Shown here piece by piece: positions 56,440 to 64,000 of a DNA stretch of 64,000 bases (its first letter is position 1; each line of letters starts with the position of its first letter). The DNA lies in IMG/VR virus record IMGVR_UViG_3300028914_000061, positions 84,073-148,072 of that record; one strand, written 5' to 3'. The stretch comes from a virus (lineage: Duplodnaviria; Caudoviricetes). Below the pieces are notes generated by a model, which made no database searches, had not been told where the DNA came from, and saw only the letters and a list, made by a program, of their open reading frames with translations. The translations under genes and the position numbers were made by a program.

Positions 56440-57058
56440 ATTTATTTATAATTTCTTTAAGGGTTTTTGAAAAATGTTGTACTTTTTCATATGGATTGTA
56501 TGTTGATTCCTCAAGATACTTGCCATACTCTTCAATTTCTTTTTGCAATGCTTTTAATTCATCCAATTTCGTCATAGTAGGTAATTTTTCTAAAGTTCGG
56601 CTGTCTTCATTCCAAACGAACCCATTACTTTTAATTTCTTCAATTAGTTTCTCACTCTCTTCCTTTGTGGCAAATCTTGCATCATGGTAATCGAATTTAT
56701 GGTATCGTATCACAGAAAACAATTCATTTGGGTTTTTAGGATACCACTCATATCCGCCAAATAAAAATGAATCTCCATATGAATCAACGATTACCGTACC
56801 AGGGACTTGTGGCATTAATATTTCTTGCCAATTATCCCAATCCTTTGTTTCGGATGGAAAAAGAAGACATTCACCTTCAGGAGTTAATCTTCCGTCAGGC
56901 ATAAACTCAAGTTTTTGACCACGTACAGTAAACACTCTAATATAATCACGTTTACCAACGTCATCAAATACACGATAAAACGTGCAATATCCATGGCCCA
57001 TAGACCACAATTTTAAGCCCGCTGGGGCGTTTTTTAAAATTTCTGATATGTTATTCAT
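56420..57058 (-). CDS. Hypothetical protein sharing its N-terminal domain with 60846-62048
   Basis: P.G.KL.S...G.C...(F/Y)P....W..WQ. Confidence 0.75.
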   Translation of the reverse strand: MNNISEILKNAPAGLKLWSMGHGYCTFYRVFDDVGKRDYIRVFTVRGQKLEFMPDGRLTPEGECLLFPSETKDWDNWQEILMPQVPGTVIVDSYGDSFLFGGYEWYPKNPNELFSVIRYHKFDYHDARFATKEESEKLIEEIKSNGFVWNEDSRTLEKLPTMTKLDELKALQKEIEEYGKYLEESTYNPYEKVQHFSKTLKEIINKYEEDTI

Positions 57059-57224
57059 CTTTTTTATTAAATAAAGTGTGTGCTTAATTGTGAGGTTGTA
57101 ATCGTGGTAAATCCCCAAACCGTATAAATGTATAGGTTCTTGTCAATTGGATTGAACTCAACTTTGTACTCCATACCAGGAATAAATTCAAGTCCATCTT
57201 TTACAAACCACTTAACACAGGTTT

Positions 57225-58055
57225 TCATTCTTCAGTTCCTTCCCATCCAACGATTTTCTTAACGATTTCCCAAAGTTCATCTGTCATCCTGTAGGAATAT
57301 TCGTCATCATCTTCGTGATAATTGAATTCCTTAGGCAGATGCTCTATACGATATGAAGATTCTGTCATGCCGTTAAACAAAGCATATTCAAGCATATATC
57401 TTGGGACCTTTTTGTATTTTACCAAATTCCAATTCTTTGATGCATCCTCAAAGAATTTTTCTCTCTTTTCTTCAAGAGAATTACATGGCTCTTTCTCATC
57501 GTATGGGTCATACTCTAATTTAAAATATTCCTCAATTCTATAATACAAGCAACTTGGGGCAAACTCTTTCCATGTATCGAAAATGTTTTCGCTATCAGGA
57601 TATTTTACCTCCTCAATGTTCCATTCATTCCCACATTTCTTGCACTTATTCACAGGTAACGTGTCAAACTCGCCATCAATCTTTCCGTGGCCTGAGCCAT
57701 AGCCATATGATGAGCCACCAAACAAAAAACTACTGCTTGAAGACGTATATGAAGAATGACTCTCTCCATGAATTTCTCCCTTACCACGTACAATATTATG
57801 AATAACATCCTTAGAGCCACATTTTGGACACGTGTTATTGGTTCTATTTGCACGTTCACTTCTTTCTCTGTATTTTTCAGAGCGTCTTTCATCGTCTTGC
57901 TTCTTGTACTCAGCCAAATACGCATCAATTTTCTCTTTGCGTTCTCTGTACTGTCTCTTTTTTTCTTGAGCAATTGCAAGTTTTTCGGCTTCTTTAGCCT
58001 TTCTTTTTTCTTCTCTTGCTTGTTTTCTTGCTTTAAATCCAAAAATGTCGAACAT
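57225..58055 (-). CDS. Coiled-coil + zinc-ribbon protein
   Basis: CPKCG...CKKCG; own promoter. Confidence 0.8.
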   Translation of the reverse strand: MFDIFGFKARKQAREEKRKAKEAEKLAIAQEKKRQYRERKEKIDAYLAEYKKQDDERRSEKYRERSERANRTNNTCPKCGSKDVIHNIVRGKGEIHGESHSSYTSSSSSFLFGGSSYGYGSGHGKIDGEFDTLPVNKCKKCGNEWNIEEVKYPDSENIFDTWKEFAPSCLYYRIEEYFKLEYDPYDEKEPCNSLEEKREKFFEDASKNWNLVKYKKVPRYMLEYALFNGMTESSYRIEHLPKEFNYHEDDDEYSYRMTDELWEIVKKIVGWEGTEE

Positions 58056-58110
58056 AGTAATTTTTTTTTAAGTTGTTACCGTTTTCCTATCAAAAACCGT
58101 GCCAAACTTT

Positions 58111-58824
58111 TTAGCCCTTACTGTAATTTGGATTATAAGTACTTCCATTCATGTTCCAAATTTCAACTTCAGAAAATGGTGGGTCTATTATTTTTTCCTC
58201 AGAAGCTCCAAGACCTCCATTACGCACATAAACCCCATCACGTGCAATCAAATTTTTTATATATTCTATTGCATTATCATACTCTTCGGCATATGTAAAC
58301 CCATGGGTCTTACGATACAAATTGTATATATTTTTCATTTCACCCGCAATGGCCTCCATGGTCCATTTTTCAGAATCAAACAAAAGAATATATTCAATTG
58401 AACACCACTCTTTTCTGTTGCTGAATCTCCACCCTGCATCACCTCCAATGGTAATCATGTATGATATGTACTTTGGGTGCTTTGACATTTCTATTTTTTC
58501 CAATGGTTCCCATACCTCACCAACTTCACCTACTTTGCATCCAAGTCCGATGTAATCCAATGAGCCTGAAAGAATTTGTAATTCCCTCAATAGTTTTTCC
58601 AAGTCATATGTTGCAAACGGGATTTCAAAGTCTTTTCCTTGATAAAGCATTAAAACCCTATCTTTTAGATACCCTCTAACACAATATTTTTCAACAGCAT
58701 CATATTTCCAAAAAGGAATGGCATCCTTATGAGATAGCCCAGCTGGTAATATTTTTACATCATGTTCATAATTTTGCTCAATATAGAATGGTATTCTACT
58801 GTCGTGAAATTCTTGTTCTGTCAT
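58111..58824 (-). CDS. Hypothetical protein
   Basis: 237-aa ORF. Confidence 0.78.
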   Translation of the reverse strand: MTEQEFHDSRIPFYIEQNYEHDVKILPAGLSHKDAIPFWKYDAVEKYCVRGYLKDRVLMLYQGKDFEIPFATYDLEKLLRELQILSGSLDYIGLGCKVGEVGEVWEPLEKIEMSKHPKYISYMITIGGDAGWRFSNRKEWCSIEYILLFDSEKWTMEAIAGEMKNIYNLYRKTHGFTYAEEYDNAIEYIKNLIARDGVYVRNGGLGASEEKIIDPPFSEVEIWNMNGSTYNPNYSKG

Positions 58825-58837
58825 AGTTATAATTTTT

Positions 58838-59059
58838 TTAGTTTATAAAATCAATATCTACATTATTTACAGGTTCATCGTTATCTTCCGCTTCTTCAAT
58901 TCCGCCATCATCAACTTCCCAAGATGGACACATGTCATATACATATCTCTCTGCAAGCTTAATTGCTTCTTCCTCAGAGTATTCAGTATCAGGTACTTCA
59001 ACAACAACTGATTGGTGCGCTGAAAAATCTACTCTATATTTAATTGTATTCTTTTTCAT
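58838..59059 (-). CDS. Small acidic protein
   Basis: Tiled ORF. Confidence 0.65.
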   Translation of the reverse strand: MKKNTIKYRVDFSAHQSVVVEVPDTEYSEEEAIKLAERYVYDMCPSWEVDDGGIEEAEDNDEPVNNVDIDFIN

Positions 59060-59436
59060 TATTTTTCTTTTTTATATTCTTCTACAACTGTTTTTAAAAC
59101 AAGGATTTTGCAAGAGAAATCCCCAACTTTTTCAACGTGCTTAATTGTATTTTCAGTTTCGCCAAGACGTTTAAAAATCTTAGCATTATTCATTTTTGGA
59201 GTAACAGGAGCACAATAATCCCAATAGTTATCTGAATATGGGTTGCAATTTCCTGGCTCATCAATAACAAGATTACAAGTACCAACGTCATAATGCCATT
59301 CTTTTTTACTCCATTTTTTAGTTAAGTACCTGTATGATTGTGCTTTTTTGTTGTAGTAAAACACATCGCCGACATTCATTCCAAAGTCGTTATCTTTGTT
59401 TATACAAGTACATTCGATAATATATCTATCTTCCAT
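59059..59436 (-). CDS. Hypothetical protein
   Basis: Tiled ORF. Confidence 0.7.
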   Translation of the reverse strand: MEDRYIIECTCINKDNDFGMNVGDVFYYNKKAQSYRYLTKKWSKKEWHYDVGTCNLVIDEPGNCNPYSDNYWDYCAPVTPKMNNAKIFKRLGETENTIKHVEKVGDFSCKILVLKTVVEEYKKEK

Positions 59437-59447
59437 ATCTTACAGCA

Positions 59448-59828
59448 TTATAATAGGCATAATACAATTTGAATTGCATGCAATGTTTGGTCAATGTAAA
59501 GAGAACCAAAGTCTGAAATAACAGGTTCTTTTTTGTAGCCATCGCCAAATGGTAGCGATACCTTCTTCATTGGCCATAATTTATAGTGGCCAAGGCATTT
59601 CCACCTGTCAATAATAAAGTGTCCACCAACAAGCATTGCAAGTTTCCACCATGCAAACAAGCCAAATGGCATAAGTGCAAACCATATACCAAGGCCCCAA
59701 ATTGCACAATGAACGAAAAGAACATAATCGCTCTTTGATTTGTATTCTGACATAAATGGTGTTTGGAATGAAAAATCCAATACCAAATTAATGAAATATA
59801 AGAACAAAAATATTACAACCATCACCAA
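59448..59828 (-). CDS. DUF3307-like membrane protein
   Basis: DFSFQT..M...K...LFVH...HFIID..K...DQTLH. Confidence 0.7.
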   Translation of the reverse strand: MVMVVIFLFLYFINLVLDFSFQTPFMSEYKSKSDYVLFVHCAIWGLGIWFALMPFGLFAWWKLAMLVGGHFIIDRWKCLGHYKLWPMKKVSLPFGDGYKKEPVISDFGSLYIDQTLHAIQIVLCLL

Positions 59829-60115
59829 CTAACTATTAGATATTCGTTATTAAGTCCCTTGATTTCCTCTATAACAGCAGTAAATCCAAGGTTGTAGAAG
59901 TAATTCTGTATGTTTTCATACATGTCTCTTTCATTGTTTTTAACGCAATAGATTACTGCATGTTCATCAGAACAGTTATTTACGACATAATCAATTCTTG
60001 CTCGAATGTCTTCGATTTTCTTTTCATATCTGTCGTTTACCATTTTGTTTTGCTTTCTTCTACAGTTTTCAGCATTGAAAGCGTTATGCTCTTTCCATTT
60101 TTTGTAAAGTCCCAT
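59822..60115 (-). CDS. Hypothetical protein
   Basis: Tiled ORF. Confidence 0.68.
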   Translation of the reverse strand: MGLYKKWKEHNAFNAENCRRKQNKMVNDRYEKKIEDIRARIDYVVNNCSDEHAVIYCVKNNERDMYENIQNYFYNLGFTAVIEEIKGLNNEYLIVSW

Positions 60116-60119
60116 TTTA

Positions 60120-60434
60120 TTATTCTTTTAAAAGTTCTTCAAGTTCTTTAATACGTTCTTCGCTAAGACCTTCTTCATCACCCATTTCATGAAGCATTTC
60201 GTTAAATTCTTCAATTGTGTTATTTCCTGGGTGAAATGAATTTTTCACTTCTTCAAAAGGATGAATCCAATGTTTAAGTACATCTTTTGCCTCTCTAACT
60301 GCTTCTTCTTTAGCACGTTCAACGCAATAATTAATGTAGTCTTCTTCAGTCATATTCATGTTGGTAATTGTATCAACAACAGTTGAGAATCTACAATACA
60401 ATCCGTTTGGTTGTTTAGCAATAAATCCGCCCAT
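60120..60434 (-). CDS. Hypothetical phage protein
   Basis: FIAKQPNGLYCRFS N-terminus. Confidence 0.75.
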   Translation of the reverse strand: MGGFIAKQPNGLYCRFSTVVDTITNMNMTEEDYINYCVERAKEEAVREAKDVLKHWIHPFEEVKNSFHPGNNTIEEFNEMLHEMGDEEGLSEERIKELEELLKE

Positions 60435-60435
60435 A

Positions 60436-60849
60436 TTATCCTAAAATTACTGGTTGTTTGGCATATCCATCAAGAGGTCCGCCGAATACTTTCATAATCG
60501 TGGACCATTGGTATTGATTTCTATGCAATATTATATATGATATTTGTTCTGCAATTCGTTTGTCAGTGATTGCAAAACATTCGCCGTTATGGTACATTGA
60601 TATAAAGGTGTTTCCATCATACACAGTAAATCCGTATGAACAAACACCAAGTTTATCAACCACCAATTTAACTTCTTTACGATTAACGTCAAAATAGCTT
60701 GAAGCATCTTCTTTTTCTATTTTAGACACTTTACAATCGTAGACTTCGTTCTCTTCTATGTCGTACATAAAGATTTTATCTCCCTCAGACAAATCATTAA
60801 AGGTTTTGTATGGCTTAGAAAAGTCTCTTTCTTGTTGGTCGTATCTCAT
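60436..60849 (-). CDS. Hypothetical protein
   Basis: ATGA overlap start. Confidence 0.7.
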   Translation of the reverse strand: MRYDQQERDFSKPYKTFNDLSEGDKIFMYDIEENEVYDCKVSKIEKEDASSYFDVNRKEVKLVVDKLGVCSYGFTVYDGNTFISMYHNGECFAITDKRIAEQISYIILHRNQYQWSTIMKVFGGPLDGYAKQPVILG

Positions 60850-62048
60850 TTGTATAGTTTTGTTAAAACAAATCTTATTGCGCAATCAATAGCACCACTT
60901 GGGCTTTCAACTTCTTTAACCTCTTGGTATCCCATTCTGTTTACAAATGTCAAACCATCATTATCACGTGTTCTTGCATACGGAATATAAACAGTCTTAT
61001 TTGTTTCAGAGTCAACCATAGGAGTTGTACCGATTTCAACTCCGTATATGTCACGAATCCATTTAATTGCTGAATCTTGAGGTATTCTAAGAACATCTTT
61101 TTCATCAACAACATAATCATCAAACACTACTTGATGGCTATCACCTGAGTAGAATCCATATATATCATACAAGTCACAAGCAGCAAATGGAGGTCCAAAT
61201 TCAAATCCATTTTCATACAATAACTTACAATTGCCATATGAACAATAATCAGGATGCTCAGCAAGAACTACTTCCCATTCGTTTTGAAAGTCAAGAAGAA
61301 GATTTTGTCTTTTTAATCCTTTAAGGACATAGTAGCGTTCAGTAACATCATCAACTACAAAATGTTCTTTATTTGTCTTATGCCTGATAAGTTGTCCTTT
61401 CTTAAAAATTGGTGCATATCCTACATGTACATATTCACCTTGTTTGACTATTGGCATTGTTGTTCCGTCTTCAAAAACATACTTTGTTTTCTTAATGTCA
61501 ACAATTTTAATAGGATTTCCAGAATTAAAATAACCAGTATTCTTAACTTTGATTATCTCGCCAATCTTAAAATTAGGTGTATCAACAATAACGGCCATAT
61601 TATTGCCATCCCAAACAAATCCTTCTTCTCTCAAAGAATTATCAAGCAATTCCCTTTCCTTTTTATCGGCATAGTGAAAAGTTGTTAGGTCAAAAAAAGC
61701 CTTTTTTTCACCTTTGAATGAATAACATTCGGTTTTGTTTATGAAAATAGCAATAAAACCCTTTGAATTTGAAACATAATCGCCTTTCTTGAACAACTTT
61801 GTTTGCCAATAATCCCATCTCATTTCGTCATCAGGATAAATCATAACCTTTCCATGGTTACAATCTTTTACAAGTCCAAAATTACCGTTGAAAGTCATGT
61901 GTCTTTTCTCACCTTTTTCATCGGTAAAACTTGTGATAACATCACCTTCAGTATTTATGCGCTCAAGAATACATTCTCCACATATTGGGCTATATAACTT
62001 AGTCCCAATGGGCATATTTGTAAAAATACGTTTGAAATCAATATTCAT
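60846..62048 (-). CDS. Multidomain hypothetical protein
   Basis: 400 aa; internal FK.G repeats; diverged ETAKLL-like C-terminal domain. Confidence 0.82.
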   Translation of the reverse strand: MNIDFKRIFTNMPIGTKLYSPICGECILERINTEGDVITSFTDEKGEKRHMTFNGNFGLVKDCNHGKVMIYPDDEMRWDYWQTKLFKKGDYVSNSKGFIAIFINKTECYSFKGEKKAFFDLTTFHYADKKERELLDNSLREEGFVWDGNNMAVIVDTPNFKIGEIIKVKNTGYFNSGNPIKIVDIKKTKYVFEDGTTMPIVKQGEYVHVGYAPIFKKGQLIRHKTNKEHFVVDDVTERYYVLKGLKRQNLLLDFQNEWEVVLAEHPDYCSYGNCKLLYENGFEFGPPFAACDLYDIYGFYSGDSHQVVFDDYVVDEKDVLRIPQDSAIKWIRDIYGVEIGTTPMVDSETNKTVYIPYARTRDNDGLTFVNRMGYQEVKEVESPSGAIDCAIRFVLTKLYK

Positions 62049-62238
62049 CTTCTTTTCTCTCTATTATTGCGCCATCTTGAATACATGAGTAATCACCAAA
62101 AACGGTTTCAACATGTTTAATGGTGATATATTCATCATCCATATAGGCTTTATATAATTTGATTGCCTTTTCTATAGAGTCGGCAACCACAAGGTGTTCA
62201 TCAATTCTAAACACCTTTGTCAATCTCCACTTTTTCAT
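62038..62238 (-). CDS. Hypothetical protein
   Basis: Tiled ORF. Confidence 0.65.
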   Translation of the reverse strand: MKKWRLTKVFRIDEHLVVADSIEKAIKLYKAYMDDEYITIKHVETVFGDYSCIQDGAIIERKEDEY

Positions 62239-62243
62239 GTCTA

Positions 62244-62582
62244 TTATTCTTTTTTGAACTTATTGTCCATAAGCATTGATGTTAAGTGATTGGCATAATG
62301 AATAGACAAACTCATTGAATCAATGATGTCTTCATCATTATAGCAACTACTTAATCTCTTACAAAATATCTTCAGGGCTGCTTTATTTCTAAAGTCTTCC
62401 CAATAAGATACTTTGCCATCATCAACGTCAGCCAAATCCCAAAAGTAATTGAGTTTTGCAGACCTTTCTTCTCCACGCTCATTGATATAACTTACATAGT
62501 CATTTTCTGTTCTTTGAGTGCTACCCCCACTGTAAGTGATGACTTCAATGATTTCGCCTGTTTTTCTAATCTGTTTCTTCAT
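62244..62582 (-). CDS. Hypothetical protein
   Basis: Start moved to MKKQIR. Confidence 0.68.
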   Translation of the reverse strand: MKKQIRKTGEIIEVITYSGGSTQRTENDYVSYINERGEERSAKLNYFWDLADVDDGKVSYWEDFRNKAALKIFCKRLSSCYNDEDIIDSMSLSIHYANHLTSMLMDNKFKKE

Positions 62583-62910
62583 TTTTCGTAAACACAAAAT
62601 AACTATCTTTCTTTGTTTCGAAATAAGGCTTCTTGAAGTACTTAACGTCCCATCCATAAGCCCTGTATGTGTCTTCCACATCAAGCCAGTGGTTCTTGAA
62701 GATTTCGTTTCTTTCGATAACTTCTGCGTTGTTCTTGTCGCTAACTGATTTTTCCAAAATTCTGATAACGATTTCTTCTTGCTTTACAACAGCAGATTTC
62801 TTGGCTTCATTCCATTTTTCTTGAATAAGTTCATTGAAGGCTTCAATGACAAAATCAGGGAATTCAACCTTTTGCACTTTAATTTCTTCAGGTCTAATCG
62901 GTTCTACCAT
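62566..62910 (-). CDS. Hypothetical phage protein
   Basis: PDFVIEAFNELI...WLDVE..YR..GW.V.Y. Confidence 0.75.
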   Translation of the reverse strand: MVEPIRPEEIKVQKVEFPDFVIEAFNELIQEKWNEAKKSAVVKQEEIVIRILEKSVSDKNNAEVIERNEIFKNHWLDVEDTYRAYGWDVKYFKKPYFETKKDSYFVFTKNEETD

Positions 62911-62921
62911 AATAATATTAT

Positions 62922-63323
62922 TTATTTTTTACTTATAATTTCTTTCATTTCGTCAGTAATTGGCATCCACCATTTTACATGGGTCCTGTTGTATATTACC
63001 CAACGCCCATCATGAAATATGTTATGCCATACAGCGTGTTCATCGCAATCAAGCATTACAATGTATTCGCCGGCTTCTGTAGGATATTCACCTTCTTTTG
63101 GATTACGTGGGTTTTCCACCACATTCCAAGGAAGTGATTCAAGTATTTTCTTTCTTGAAGGATAATGAACATTTTCATACCAAGATTGGGTCATTCCGCC
63201 ACCAACCTTACAGCATTCAAAACGGTTTATAGCGCCATAGCCATCCAATCGGCCATCTTCATCATACTTCAATTCAAAGTTAGCACCCTCTTTGAGTTTT
63301 TCTAAAATCTCTTTTGCTTCCAT
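62922..63323 (-). CDS. Hypothetical protein
   Basis: Tiled ORF. Confidence 0.72.
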   Translation of the reverse strand: MEAKEILEKLKEGANFELKYDEDGRLDGYGAINRFECCKVGGGMTQSWYENVHYPSRKKILESLPWNVVENPRNPKEGEYPTEAGEYIVMLDCDEHAVWHNIFHDGRWVIYNRTHVKWWMPITDEMKEIISKK

Positions 63324-63425
63324 TATAGCATCGCAATAATAGGGTTAATGTACTCAGTAATCAGTTCAGCGTTAGCAACGGCCCACTTGCAAATAGGGTC
63401 GAAGAAGAAACACATCTTGAAAAAA

Positions 63426-63716
63426 TTAATCCAATTCATTTTCTTTTTCTTTTTTAGTTAAACGTTCTTTTTCAGTATCTTTTTTCCATAATATGATACA
63501 AATTCCAATTATAATAAAAAATGCAGTAGCACCAATTCCCCAAGCAACACTTTGAAGTACATATCCAAAGACAACACCACACAGCATAAGTACAAACCAA
63601 ATAAAGTAGGCAAATAGTTTATCTACTTTTTTGTCATCAAGTTCACCGTGACTGCATACAACAGGAATTATGTGAATTAAACCCATAGCTTGTTGAATTA
63701 AGTTTAAATTACTCAT
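63426..63716 (-). CDS. 2-TM membrane protein
   Basis: Own promoter. Confidence 0.7.
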   Translation of the reverse strand: MSNLNLIQQAMGLIHIIPVVCSHGELDDKKVDKLFAYFIWFVLMLCGVVFGYVLQSVAWGIGATAFFIIIGICIILWKKDTEKERLTKKEKENELD

Positions 63717-63768
63717 TTAATTTTATTTTTGCTCATTTGTATCACTAACAAAAACCGTGCCAAACTAA

Positions 63769-64000
63769 TTAAATGTATTCATTTCTTTTTTCGTTTATTT
63801 TTTTATTGGCCTTTTCCATCATATCCCAAGTAAGCCATCTTGCCTTGTCTTTGTCACAATTACTAAGGTTTAATCTTCGTAAAACCTCGTTAGTTTCAAA
63901 TTCAATTGTGCGAAAATATATATCTATTTCCTTTTTTTCCTCTTCGCTGACACGCTTATTATATTCTGCATCAGTTTCTTCTCTTGTTTTATAAATCCTT
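63769..64000 (-). CDS. 3' part of a hypothetical protein truncated by the window edge
   Basis: Open frame ...KTREETDAEYNKRV...NEYI*. Confidence 0.6.
   Translation of the reverse strand, partial: RIYKTREETDAEYNKRVSEEEKKEIDIYFRTIEFETNEVLRRLNLSNCDKDKARWLTWDMMEKANKKINEKRNEYI

Larger units (their letters stand above)
27947..63762 (-). promoter_or_regulatory. 15 copies of the same sigma54-like element, right arm
   Basis: Reverse-complement copies at 27947-27961, 28432-28446, 33181-33195, 33583-33597, 34398-34412, 35012-35026 (degenerate), 39098-39112, 41424-41438, 44234-44248, 47943-47957, 49888-49902, 52349-52363, 54664-54678, 58090-58104, 63748-63762. All are co-oriented with the downstream minus-strand genes. 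Confidence 0.85.

Noticed and set aside
1-64000. Stop-codon recoding (TAG to Gln) as in Lak-type phages
   Set aside because: TAG ends several genes right at promoter boundaries (2482, 3635, 8489, 11698), long enzymes are intact in code 11, and no suppressor tRNA was seen.

Overview
AT-rich segment of a large (jumbo-type) dsDNA phage genome, probably infecting Bacteroidota (Prevotella/Bacteroides-like). Host evidence: no Shine-Dalgarno motifs, A-rich leaders, and a phage sigma factor resembling the Bacteroidota housekeeping sigma. Genetic code is standard. Two gene arms converge on a non-coding, repeat-rich gap at about 24.5-25.2 kb. The left (+) arm holds small, often acidic orphan genes, a tRNA/structured-RNA cluster and the sigma70-family gene. 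The right (-) arm holds small hypothetical genes, several paralog families and nucleotide/RNA enzymes (MazG-like, DUF262, radical SAM, Nudix, HD-kinase, HNH, nucleoside deoxyribosyltransferase-like). The dominant signal is about 55 hand-counted copies of a sigma54-type (-24/-12) element, TGGCAY-N5-TTG(T/A/C). It precedes most transcription units in the left arm and operon heads in the right arm, and only 4 copies keep the canonical -12 C. Around it are a 7-copy palindrome TACGCAAWTGCGTA, a second promoter class (TTTG-N20-TATATTTA), several promoter-driven structured non-coding RNAs, and non-canonical tRNA-like RNAs, including a D-arm-less UAU species. All counts and coordinates were read by eye and no database search was run.
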